Shown piece by piece: positions 1 through 8,903 of a stretch of DNA of 64,000 bases; positions within the stretch are counted from its first letter, which is position 1, and every line of letters starts with the position of its first letter. The notes below the pieces were generated by a model, which made no database searches, was not told the DNA's origin, and saw only the letters and a list, made by a program, of their open reading frames with translations. Position numbers and translations under genes: made by a program. The DNA is from an uncultured bacterium (GTDB lineage Bacteria > Actinomycetota > Acidimicrobiia > Spongiisociales > UBA5794). The DNA lies in assembly GCA_963801165.1 (NCBI GenBank), contig CAWDDT010000006.1, positions 512,001 through 576,000 on the forward strand, written 5' to 3'.

Positions 1-374
1 GCCACGGTCGTCTTGCCGTTGGTCCCGGTGATCCCGACCACGTGCAGCTCACGCGCCGGCCATCGCTGGACCGCAGCCGCGGCCCAGCCAAGCGCCGCCC
101 GGCTATCACCAACGAGCAAGAACGGCACGTTCTGCCGCGGGCGCTCCTCGACTACGACAGCGACGGCTCCCCTGTCGAGGGCGCTCTCGATGAAGTCATG
201 GCCGTCGGCGCGAGCTCCGCGGATCGCGACGTAGAGGCTCCCCGGAGTGATGGCACGGCTGTCGAAATGGACATCTGAGACGGCGACGTCATCCCCATGC
301 CGGGTCACGTCGAGGTGGTCGCCGATCGCTTCGGCTACCAGGGTTAGGCGAACGGGCTGATGGTCACTGGCCAT
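1..374 (-). CDS. murE: UDP-N-acetylmuramoyl-tripeptide synthetase MurE, 5' part (runs off window edge)
   Basis: Manual translation from ATG at 374 (overlaps ftsI end): ...DVHFDSRAITPGSLYVAIRGARADGHDF...ELHVVGITGTNGKTTV; follows ftsI. Confidence 0.92.
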   Translation of the reverse strand, partial: MASDHQPVRLTLVAEAIGDHLDVTRHGDDVAVSDVHFDSRAITPGSLYVAIRGARADGHDFIESALDRGAVAVVVEERPRQNVPFLLVGDSRAALGWAAAAVQRWPARELHVVGITGTNGKTTV

Positions 375-2115
375 TTGGTGGAACTCCGAGTGCCTGGAGA
401 GCCTTCTCGGCAACCTCAGCAAACACCGGAGCGGCCGAGACGCCACCGAACTTGTTCTCGACCATGCGCCCATCTTCCTCGACCGAACCTTGCGGCGAGT
501 CGAGGACGACGGCTACAACTATCTGTGGGTTGTCGATCGGAGCGATCCCGATGAACGAGGCGATCCGGTCCTGGTCGCTGTATACGCCCTCATCGGGGAG
601 GAACTTCTCGGTGGTACCGGTCTTACCACCGATCCTGTAGCCGGCGACGGTGGCCCTGCCTCCCGTGCCCTGGTCGACAACCGCGAACAGAAGCGCACGC
701 ATCTCGGCGGCAGTGTCCTGGCGGAGCACGGGGCGTTGGCTGGGTACGGTCACTTCACGTGACCCGTCCGGGTTGATCATCTCGCTAACGACGTGCGGCT
801 GGATCCAGATTCCGTCGTTGGCGATAGTGCCGAACACCGCGGCCATCTGTAGCGCGGTGACATCTACCCGGTAGCCGATGGCCGTCGAGGCGCCCGCGGT
901 AGCCGATACCCAGTCCTCGACCGGATGCAGCAGACCGGGAACCTCACCAGGGATGGAGTCGCCTGCGACCTGGCCGAGACCGAAGGCCTGGAGGTACTGG
1001 TAATGAAGGGCGTTGCCGAGCTTCTCTTGAATCTGAATAGTGCCTACGTTCGACGAGTTGGTGAGGATCTCGGCCACACTCATGACCCGATTGTCGGTGC
1101 GGCCAACGTCGGTATATGGCTCGGACTTGCCGTCGACCTCGTATTCGGCAGGGACCAACCAACTGTCCTGTGGCGTGACGATCCCCTGGTCGAGGGCAGC
1201 CGAGACTGTGACGACCTTGAGCGTCGAGCCCGGCTCGTAGACATCGGTGACCGCCCGATCCCGAACCGCGTTCGGGTCGATGCTCGATCGATCGTTGGGG
1301 TCAAACGTCGGGTACGACGCCATCGCCAGGACCTCGCCGGTCCTCGGATTGAGCACCACGATCGTGGCCGCTTGGGCGCCGGTGTCGGCGACGGCGTTGG
1401 CAGCCGCCTGTTGCGCGACGTATTGGATCTCACGGTCGATAGTGGTCCGGATGTCATAGCCGGCAATTGCCGGTTCGATCTCGAGGTCCCCGAGCGGGAT
1501 GGGGACGCCGTCGGGATCACGTTCGAGTATGCGTGTGCCCGGGACGCCGGTCAGAAGCTCGTCGTACTGGGACTCGAGCCCCTCGAGACCGGTCTGAGAG
1601 TCCTGCTGGACGAAACCGACCAGTTGCGCGGCCAGATTCCCGGCGGGATACACACGGTAGGGCTCGTTCTGTATGTATATGCCGTCCAATTCGTTGTCCT
1701 GGATGGCGGAACGCACCTGATCGGCAACCGCAGGATCAACGTGTCGAGCCACGTAGGCGAATTTCGACTCGGGCTGATCGAATCGCTGGGTCAGCTGGGC
1801 CACGTCACCGTCTACCAACGGTGCCAGCACCTCGGCGGTTCCCGCGGGATCTGTGATCTGGGAAGGATCTGCGACAACGGTGGGCAGATCGACTGTGACC
1901 GCCAGTTCGATCCCGTCGCGGTCGAAGATCGTGCCCCGTTTGGCCGGGATGTCCTCGACGTGAATCCGCTGGTTCTCCCCATCGGCCATGAACTGCGCGG
2001 CCTCGACGACCTGAACCTGGAACAACCGGTATCCGATTCCGATCCAGGCGAGGATGAAGACAACTCCTACGACGACGACTCGTAGGTCGCGAATGCGCCA
2101 GGTCGGGCGCAGCAC
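364..2115 (-). CDS. ftsI: Penicillin-binding protein FtsI/PBP3 (class B transpeptidase)
   Basis: N-terminal TM, RGTIFDRDG, EPGSTLK (SxxK), SSN (SxN), KTGT motifs; dcw position. Confidence 0.95.
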   Translation of the reverse strand: MLRPTWRIRDLRVVVVGVVFILAWIGIGYRLFQVQVVEAAQFMADGENQRIHVEDIPAKRGTIFDRDGIELAVTVDLPTVVADPSQITDPAGTAEVLAPLVDGDVAQLTQRFDQPESKFAYVARHVDPAVADQVRSAIQDNELDGIYIQNEPYRVYPAGNLAAQLVGFVQQDSQTGLEGLESQYDELLTGVPGTRILERDPDGVPIPLGDLEIEPAIAGYDIRTTIDREIQYVAQQAAANAVADTGAQAATIVVLNPRTGEVLAMASYPTFDPNDRSSIDPNAVRDRAVTDVYEPGSTLKVVTVSAALDQGIVTPQDSWLVPAEYEVDGKSEPYTDVGRTDNRVMSVAEILTNSSNVGTIQIQEKLGNALHYQYLQAFGLGQVAGDSIPGEVPGLLHPVEDWVSATAGASTAIGYRVDVTALQMAAVFGTIANDGIWIQPHVVSEMINPDGSREVTVPSQRPVLRQDTAAEMRALLFAVVDQGTGGRATVAGYRIGGKTGTTEKFLPDEGVYSDQDRIASFIGIAPIDNPQIVVAVVLDSPQGSVEEDGRMVENKFGGVSAAPVFAEVAEKALQALGVPPNGQ

Positions 2116-2220
2116 GTCAGGACCCGGGCGGATCTGGGAGCCCGTTGCTTCCCAGGCCGCCAGCGATCGGCCGAATCAGGAACGCGTCATAGCACCGTCG
2201 GGTCATACCCGTTAGCCCGG

Positions 2221-2625
2221 TCATGGCTGTGCGCTCAGGATTGCCTTTAGTTGCGCCCACCGGTAGTCGGGGTCGAGCTCGTCGACACTGACTACAGGCA
2301 CCTGGAGCGCCACTCGTTCATCCGGGTAAACCATTCCGAGGTCGGCAATCTCCTGATCGAGGGCGGCGGGGTCCTCCATCTCGGCGAGCTGCATGCGAAG
2401 TTGAAAGTGCATTTGCTCCTGGGCTGTGATCTGATCGTCCAGCTTCTGAATCTCGAATGCCGAGTTGTCGAGCGAGATCCGCGAATAGATCAGGCCGAAG
2501 AACGCAACGGTGACCGCAAGCGCAAAGATGACCCAGTGGCTGATCTTGGTCCGGCGCGGGCGTGCCGAACCGGGAATGACTTCGAGGCCGGGGCGGGCTA
2601 CCGGGCGCGGCTGTACCAGCGTCAT
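2221..2625 (-). CDS. ftsL: FtsL-like cell division protein
   Basis: ATG at 2625 overlaps rsmH stop (ATGA); single TM plus coiled-coil; between rsmH and ftsI. Confidence 0.75.
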   Translation of the reverse strand: MTLVQPRPVARPGLEVIPGSARPRRTKISHWVIFALAVTVAFFGLIYSRISLDNSAFEIQKLDDQITAQEQMHFQLRMQLAEMEDPAALDQEIADLGMVYPDERVALQVPVVSVDELDPDYRWAQLKAILSAQP

Positions 2626-3560
2626 GACTTCACCTTCTCGACAACACGCATGAGCGCAGACCGGGCACGCGGATTGGCCGCGATCTCCGCCTGGCTGGGA
2701 CGCATGGGGTGGCGGACGGGAAGCTGTAGCTCTGCCGTCTTTCCGCAGATGCATACGGGGAAGTCGGGCGGGCATTCGCAACCGGTGCTGCCGGCGGCGA
2801 AGCGTCTCTTGACCATACGGTCCTCGAGAGAGTGGTAGGCGATCACCAGCACCCTCCCACCGGGACGCACCCAACGGATCGCTGCCTCAAGACCAAGCTC
2901 GAGCGCTCCCAGTTCATCGTTGACCGCGATCCTGATGGCCTGGAAAGTCCGTCGAGCGGGATGCTTGCGACGACGGAGCGCGGCAGGGACCGCGGCTGCG
3001 ACCACGCCGGCAAGCTGTTCGGTGTCCGTGATTGGGCGTGCGGCGACGATGGCTCGAGCGATCCGCCCAGCCATGCGCTCCTCGCCGTACCTTCTGAGGA
3101 CGTCAGCGAGGTCATCCACAGGCCACTCGTTGACGATTGTGTATGCCCCAAGTTCGGCGTCGCGGTCCATCCGCATATCGATTGGCCCGCGACGCCGATA
3201 AGAGAAACCTCGCTCGGCCTCGTCGAACTGATGGGAGGAGACTCCGAGGTCGAGTAGAAATCCATCGATGCAGGAACCGTCATCGGCGCCCCCCTTCTGA
3301 CAGATCTCGGACGCTATCGCGTCGAGAGATGCGAAATTGGCCCGGATCAGCCGTACGTCGCCCTCGACCCGGTCCCGTGCTATCGCGTCGGGATCCCGGT
3401 CGATCGCCACGACCCTTATCCCGGGGAACGCCTCCAGTAACGCTCGAGTGTGTCCCCCGCCGCCGTAGGTGGCGTCGACCACCAGGCGCGGTGAAACCGG
3501 TCGCAGCATCTCCACGACCTCGGTCACCATCACGGGTACGTGATATGGGTTCTGATCCAT
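2622..3560 (-). CDS. rsmH: 16S rRNA m4C1402 methyltransferase RsmH (MraW)
   Basis: HVPVM, DATYGGGGH, DLGVSS, RTFQAIRIAVNDEL, HSLEDR, NPRARSA motifs. Confidence 0.97.
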   Translation of the reverse strand: MDQNPYHVPVMVTEVVEMLRPVSPRLVVDATYGGGGHTRALLEAFPGIRVVAIDRDPDAIARDRVEGDVRLIRANFASLDAIASEICQKGGADDGSCIDGFLLDLGVSSHQFDEAERGFSYRRRGPIDMRMDRDAELGAYTIVNEWPVDDLADVLRRYGEERMAGRIARAIVAARPITDTEQLAGVVAAAVPAALRRRKHPARRTFQAIRIAVNDELGALELGLEAAIRWVRPGGRVLVIAYHSLEDRMVKRRFAAGSTGCECPPDFPVCICGKTAELQLPVRHPMRPSQAEIAANPRARSALMRVVEKVKS

Positions 3561-3641
3561 GGTCAGCCCCCCGGAGCGCTGGCGCCAAAGTGGAAGCGGG
3601 CGGAGTAAGGGGCCTCCCGATTGGCATCCGGGGGACTGGCC
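3561..3641 (-). ncRNA. mraW RNA motif-like cis-regulatory hairpin
   Basis: Minus strand GGCCAGUCCCCCGGA pairs with UCCGGGGGGCUGACC; inner UGCCAA/UUGGCG; loop has CUUCCAC; directly 5' of rsmH ATG. Confidence 0.6.
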
Positions 3642-3713
3642 ATGAGCCAGAACCTTTCTTGTCTTCCGGCATTTCGTCTACCGGCATTTCGTGTTCTGTC
3701 AACTTGCGGTGGC

Positions 3714-4151
3714 TCATATCCGCTCGCCACCAAGACCGAGCACTTCCTCGATACCCGTGTAGTACTCGTCGGCTTCTGCTTCCTCGTTCCCCCAGACCTC
3801 GGTCGACCAGATCTCGATCCGATCCCCCGAGCCAACCACCGTGGCGTCCTTGACCATTCCTGCGAATTCCCGCAGTTTCTCCGGAATCGGAATACGACCC
3901 TGCTTGTCCAGAGAGACGTTGTTCGCACCCGCAAAGAAGGACCGCTTGAACTTGCGGGCTCGCCGGTCGGTGGTGGGAAGGCTGCTTACCCGCTCGTACT
4001 CCTGTTGCCAGGCTTCGGGTGGCCACACGTAGAGACAGCGTTCCTGCCCTTTGGTGATGACGCAGTCGTCGTTGAGGAGTTCCCGGAACTTGCGCGGCAT
4101 TACCAGACGCCCCTTTGCGTCCAGCGTGTGCTCGTACGTCCCCAGAAACAT
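3714..4151 (-). CDS. mraZ: Division/cell wall cluster transcriptional repressor MraZ
   Basis: MFLGTYEHTLDAKGRL, LDKQGRIPIP, GDRIEIW motifs; first dcw gene. Confidence 0.97.
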   Translation of the reverse strand: MFLGTYEHTLDAKGRLVMPRKFRELLNDDCVITKGQERCLYVWPPEAWQQEYERVSSLPTTDRRARKFKRSFFAGANNVSLDKQGRIPIPEKLREFAGMVKDATVVGSGDRIEIWSTEVWGNEEAEADEYYTGIEEVLGLGGERI

Positions 4152-4181
4152 GGAAATACGTCTCCATCTCTTGCATCATCT

Positions 4182-4216
4182 CCCACGGAGCCCCACCCTA
4201 TCCCACTACGCGCCAC
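4182..4216 (-). promoter_or_regulatory. MraZ operator: GTGGG boxes at 10-bp spacing
   Basis: CCCAC at 4182, 4192 and 4202, GCCAC at 4212, upstream of mraZ. Confidence 0.8.
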
Positions 4217-4335
4217 AATGCAACCCTTTTCAACCCCGGCGAACCACCTGATGACACATATGAGGCGTTCGACCCACCACCGGGTGTTTTCGGGTGTCGT
4301 CCGGTACGATTTGCGCCCCAGGAGCGGAGGTATCG

Positions 4336-5298
4336 ATGAGGCTTTGGCAGCAGGCAATGATCAGCCTGGCGCGGTCCGCACGAATCACCGACCTCGTCCA
4401 GAACCGCGGGGCGTTCAGCGGCCTGGCATCGAGATTCGTCGGTGGAGCGTCTGCAGACCGAGCGCTCGAGACCGCACACCGGCTCAATGGCCACGGCATC
4501 TCATCTTCTCTGTTCTATCTCGGGGAATATGTCGAGGATCCAGCCGTCATCGATGAGACGGTCCGGCAGCTCGACGCAGTGCTGGCGGGGCTGGCCGACG
4601 CGGGCCTCGACCTGCACGTCTCGGTGGATCCGACACAACTCGGGCTGCTCATCGATGAGGAGACCTGTGCCGCCAATGTGCGTCGCATCGCCGCGATGGT
4701 CTCCGACCGAGCCCCGGGAAAGCAACCTCGCCCCGGCCGGGATGCAGTGATGCTCGACATGGAGGATCATTCGGTAACCGAATTCACCCTGCGCCTCCAC
4801 GACCTATTGCGGACGGACGGGTTGCCTGTGGCCGTCACCGTGCAGAGCTATCTACATCGCGCCACGGACGACCTCAAAAGGCTGGCCGGACAAGGTGCGT
4901 TTGTGAGGCTGGTCAAGGGTGCGTTTGCCGAGTCGGCCGATGTTGCCGTCCGAACCAGAACGCAGATCGACAGCCGCTACCGCCGGGCCGCGGCCACGCT
5001 GCTGTCGCCTGCGTCGCGGGCGGCGGGGACGTATGTGTCTTTCGGGACACACGACGATGTCATCATCGAGGAGATCGCCCACATGGCCTCGGCCAACGGA
5101 TGGAGTCGCGATAGCTTCGAGTTCGAGATGTTGTTCGGTGTCCGCCCGGAGCTGCACAGCGATCTCGTGTCCCGGGGACTCCGGGTGCGGCTCTACGTTC
5201 CATTCGGGCGAGATTGGTTTCCTTATGCAATCCGCCGGGTCGGCGAGTCACCACGCAATCTCGGGTTTGCGGTTGGCGCACTCGCCCGGCGTAGCTAG
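4336..5298 (+). CDS. Monofunctional proline dehydrogenase
   Basis: SRFVGG, LDMED, VRLVKGAF, FGTHD, EFEMLFG, RLYVPFG...RRVGE; GGAGG RBS before ATG 4336. Confidence 0.9.
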   Translation: MRLWQQAMISLARSARITDLVQNRGAFSGLASRFVGGASADRALETAHRLNGHGISSSLFYLGEYVEDPAVIDETVRQLDAVLAGLADAGLDLHVSVDPTQLGLLIDEETCAANVRRIAAMVSDRAPGKQPRPGRDAVMLDMEDHSVTEFTLRLHDLLRTDGLPVAVTVQSYLHRATDDLKRLAGQGAFVRLVKGAFAESADVAVRTRTQIDSRYRRAAATLLSPASRAAGTYVSFGTHDDVIIEEIAHMASANGWSRDSFEFEMLFGVRPELHSDLVSRGLRVRLYVPFGRDWFPYAIRRVGESPRNLGFAVGALARRS

Positions 5299-5308
5299 GT
5301 TCACAGCC

Positions 5309-5860
5309 ATGCGACCTTTGCTCATCTGCCTCGGCATTCTCATACTCGGCCTGACGGCGTGCTCCGATCCGGCGGCCACGCCCACAACCACCGTCGAGAC
5401 GACGACGAAAGCACCACCCGAGACCACCACTACGGCGGCGCCGGAGAGCACCACTACGGCGGCGCCCGCAGCGACTACAACGACCACAACATCCGCAGCA
5501 CCCGAAACGACGACGACGGAACCAGCAGAGACCACCACGCTCCCCCCGTTTCCTCCGCCTCGCGAGTCGCTCGAGCACGGCGGTGAAGCCTGGGTCGTGA
5601 TCCTTGCCGGAGCAGGGGACTTCGACGACCCGGTGCTGGATGAAGCAGTCACGGCGGCCGCCGACGCCGGCTACACCACAGGCGCCACCGATTGCGATTC
5701 CGGCGCCGCGGAGGCGCTCGGTATGCCGGCGGACGAACACGTCGTCAGCGTCAGCGTGTACTTCGAGACCGCAGCCGATGCCGAGGCCGCCCTCGTCGCC
5801 TTCGAGGCCCGCGGTGTGAGCGGGACCGTCGCCACAGTCACGACCTACTGTCTCGACTAG
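5309..5860 (+). CDS. Lipoprotein with Thr/Ala/Pro-rich linker and small C-terminal domain
   Basis: Lipobox LTAC, poly-Thr stalk; TAGGTT 7 nt before ATG (leaderless-type start). Confidence 0.7.
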   Translation: MRPLLICLGILILGLTACSDPAATPTTTVETTTKAPPETTTTAAPESTTTAAPAATTTTTTSAAPETTTTEPAETTTLPPFPPPRESLEHGGEAWVVILAGAGDFDDPVLDEAVTAAADAGYTTGATDCDSGAAEALGMPADEHVVSVSVYFETAADAEAALVAFEARGVSGTVATVTTYCLD

Positions 5861-6167
5861 GCCGAGGGGCCGCTGTCAGTTGTCGTATCCGAGTTCGTTG
5901 AGAGCGTTGGCGACGACCTCAGCCCCCGCCGGGGACGATGACCATGAGGGTGACGGTACGGTTCTGTGCTCTTCCCAAGTACGACCGGTCGGGACGGCTC
6001 GCTGTCTCGTGTTCCCTTGATCCAGGTTTCGACCCGGTTTGTCTCGGCGGGGGAAACAGAAACTTGCGAGTGGAGACGAGCCCGAGCCAGGCCGGCAACG
6101 CCCGAGCCAAGCCGCCTGCCCGATCGCCGCTGCTGAGGGATAATGACGCCCGGGATGGAGGCAGGGC

Positions 6168-7688
6168 ATGAATCACGAGAGGCATATCGACGCTGTCCAA
6201 CGGCGTCGTGCGAGCCGGCCACGCGTTTCGCTTTGCTGGATTCTGGCAATCGCATTTTTGCTCGGTAGCTGCTCGGCCGACGAACCTGCGCCGCAATGGG
6301 GAACCAACGCCGATACCTTCTTCGCTGAATGGGACGCTGCCTGGTCTGGCGCTGATCCCTACGACATAGTGCGCTTCTATGACACCGACGTCGTCGTCGG
6401 GCTCATCCAGGACTACCGCTCATTGTCTCTTGGCGCCGGGTTCAGCGACACGGCCGTAACCGGAGACGGACGCGCCTGGCTGACGGATTGGATCGACAAA
6501 CAGATCGAGCCGCGGCAACGAGCCCTGGACCATGTGTACGTCGGTCGGTCCGAAGCGCTGGCGTTGGTCACGATCGATGAAGATGAGACGGCGGTCGCAG
6601 TGTCGATGACCGTCACCGACACATCGATCACTGCATCCACGGACATGAGATGGCGGGACGCTCATCTGCCCGGCGGCGCTCCCGACAATCGTCTCCAGTG
6701 GTTGGACGATTTGGCTACGACCTACGCGGCGGCCTGGACCACCGGTGACGAGAAACTGCGGGCGCTCTACCAGCCCGGGGCCACGATCGAGGCATTCTCT
6801 CAACCAGAGGTGGATTTGGATACCGCCCTGTCCATGGCCGACCTGAGGTATGGAGACGCTGTGGTCAGCGATGTGGCCACGGGCGAGCGCGCCGGTCCTG
6901 CACTCTTCATCGGACCCGACTCGGCCGCAATCGGTCTCGAAGCCAAGCGAGACGACGGTTGCCTGGTGCAGTCGGTGGTGCTTTTCACGCTCCAGGATCA
7001 GAAGATCGTGACGGAGAAGCGGCTACTCACCCCCGACTCGGTACGGCGGTGCTTCGGCAACGATGCACCCGCCCGGGGTTGGTGGAACGCCCTGGCTGTC
7101 CCCGTACCCGTCGATGAACAGGTCAGCGGATCCGTAACCGCAAACGACGGAACTGAGATCACGATCGTCAACGGCACGCCCGAGCTCGAGCGGCTTCTCG
7201 AGTGGGGTCTGGGTCGCTTCGAGGCAACCGGTCTTCCGGCACCACGGCTGGCGTCGGCGACCTTTGCGCCGGTTCCCGCGTGTGCATCCGCCCCGGGCCT
7301 GGTGACCGAGACAGTCAAGGACAAGGCAGATCTGATCCTGTGCACCGACGCCTACGAGGCCTGCCTGCCAGACCGAGCATCGTGCACGGACTTTCAACCC
7401 AGCGTCCGGCTCGGCATGCTCCACGAACTCGGCCATGCCTGGCTGCTCGAGAATCTCAGCGCAAAGACTGAATCAGAGTTCCTGGCCCTCAATGACCTGT
7501 CGTCGTGGGGAGACCCCGCCCAGCCCTGGCACCGGCGTGGCGCCGAGCAGGCTGCCGAGACCATGGCTTGGGGCCTGCTCGAACAGCCGATCAGCCTGTT
7601 CCGCATCGGCAATCCGCCCTGTGACACGATTGCGGCCGGGTTCGAGTTGCTGACGGGAACCGCATCGCTGCACGGATGCGAAGGCTGA
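6168..7688 (+). CDS. Putative lipoprotein with SnoaL/NTF2-like segments and C-terminal HExxH metallopeptidase-like domain
   Basis: LLGSC lipobox; two 'AW....D....Y' SnoaL-like stretches; MLHELGHAW followed by AEQAAE; true start uncertain. Confidence 0.55.
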   Translation: MNHERHIDAVQRRRASRPRVSLCWILAIAFLLGSCSADEPAPQWGTNADTFFAEWDAAWSGADPYDIVRFYDTDVVVGLIQDYRSLSLGAGFSDTAVTGDGRAWLTDWIDKQIEPRQRALDHVYVGRSEALALVTIDEDETAVAVSMTVTDTSITASTDMRWRDAHLPGGAPDNRLQWLDDLATTYAAAWTTGDEKLRALYQPGATIEAFSQPEVDLDTALSMADLRYGDAVVSDVATGERAGPALFIGPDSAAIGLEAKRDDGCLVQSVVLFTLQDQKIVTEKRLLTPDSVRRCFGNDAPARGWWNALAVPVPVDEQVSGSVTANDGTEITIVNGTPELERLLEWGLGRFEATGLPAPRLASATFAPVPACASAPGLVTETVKDKADLILCTDAYEACLPDRASCTDFQPSVRLGMLHELGHAWLLENLSAKTESEFLALNDLSSWGDPAQPWHRRGAEQAAETMAWGLLEQPISLFRIGNPPCDTIAAGFELLTGTASLHGCEG

Positions 7689-7767
7689 CCGAACGGGCGC
7701 GACAGAGCTGCCGCGTCCGTCGGCGGGTTTGGAATCTGGTGCGCACTGGGTTTGTTGGAGGCTCGTT

Positions 7768-8669
7768 CTATTGGTTTCCAGTCAGTTGTTTTGCTCGTTG
7801 TTGGGCATGGTAGGTGTCCTCGAATTCGGTCGGGGGGACGTCGTTGAGGTAGCTGTGGATCCGCTGGGTGTTATACCAATGGATCCAGCCCAAGGTAGCG
7901 AGTTCGACGTCTTCGATGCTGCGCCACGGGCCATGATCCGGTCCGTAGATCAGCTCGGCTTTGTAGAGACTGTTGACGGACTCGGCGAGTGCGTTGTCAT
8001 ACGAATCACCGACCGTCCCGATCGATGGCACCGCTCCGATCTCGTCAAGGCGTTCCCGTAGCGGATACTGGTGAATTGGCTGCCGGCATCGGAATGAGCA
8101 ACGAGCCCTTCAAGACGGGTGCCTCGGGCGAAACGGGCCATCTCTAAAGCGTCGAGGACCATCTGGGTTCTCATATTCGAAGCGACCCGCCACCCGACGA
8201 TGTGGCGGGAGAACGCATCGATGATGAAACACACATACCCAACACCTTGCCAGGTCGGGACATAGGTCAGGTCCGTCACCCACAGCCGGTTCGGCCGGTC
8301 GGCTGTGAAGTCCCGCTCCACCAGATCCGGGGATCTCTCAGCAGCAGGATCAGATTTGGTGGTGCGAACCCGGCGACGACGTGACACACCCTGAATATCG
8401 AGGGCTTTCATGAGACGTCCGACCTGGTCACGGCCAATCGTATGGCCGTCACGTAACGCAGCCTTCCACAGTTTGCGGACCCCATACACCGAGTAGTTCG
8501 CCTGAAACAGCGCCAACAAGACCGGCATCATCACCGCATCCCTGATCGCACGAGCCGACGGTATCCGAGACTTGTTCTCGTAATACGTTGACGGGGCCAC
8601 CTGCAACGTCGCACAGATAGGCTCGACCCCAAAGTCGTCACGATTCTCGTCAATGAACTGCACCATCAC
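7768..8669 (-). pseudogene. IS3 transposase OrfB (rve/DDE), single-base frameshift near 8055
   Basis: WVTDLTY, HSDAGSQF, SYDNALAESVN; ORFs 7950-8669 and 7768-8031 join if one G is restored in a G run (YGERLDEIG); may be a sequencing error. Confidence 0.88.
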
Positions 8670-8696
8670 CTCTGTGGGCGGTCGAGCTAATGGCAG

Positions 8697-8880
8697 CAGT
8701 GAGCCGGCCTTTTGGGGCAGGATTCATCCGGCGGCCATCGGGTCAGCACTAGGTCGAGTGGCACTTTGAGTACTTGGCGGAGATCGTGCGCCCGGTGGCT
8801 GTCGAGAGACGTGGATGGCTGGTGGGATGACGTGCCATAGAGCACTGGGCCATTAGCGAGCCGCATCGTCTCTTGCGCCA
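8697..8880 (+). ncRNA. IS110 bridge RNA (5' hairpin, target-binding loop, donor-binding loop)
   Basis: Guides GGTCGAG (8752-58), GGCGGAG (8776-82), GGTGGGATG (8821-29), GCCATTAG (8849-56) inside two stem/internal-loop modules; RNA ends approximate. Confidence 0.85.
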
Positions 8881-8903
8881 ACTTAACCGAACGGAGGAAG
8901 CCT

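Noticed and set aside
925-2085. Long antisense or alternative-frame ORFs (e.g. 925-2085, 23224-24747, 54086-56146)
   Set aside because: Shadow ORFs of well-supported genes in high-GC DNA, with no recognisable motifs.
5380-5540. ACC/ACG-rich repetitive DNA
   Set aside because: Encodes an ordinary Thr-rich lipoprotein linker, as also near 21745 and 48445.
8613-8630. Second bridge-RNA target (minus strand GGTCGAG-CC-TATC)
   Set aside because: Matches only the left guide; the core is CC and the right side does not match. Better explained as the pseudoknot partner strand.
8687-8688. CT as a classical target-site duplication
   Set aside because: IS110 elements recombine through a shared core; CT appears in both the target and donor right guides, so it is the core rather than a DDE-type duplication.
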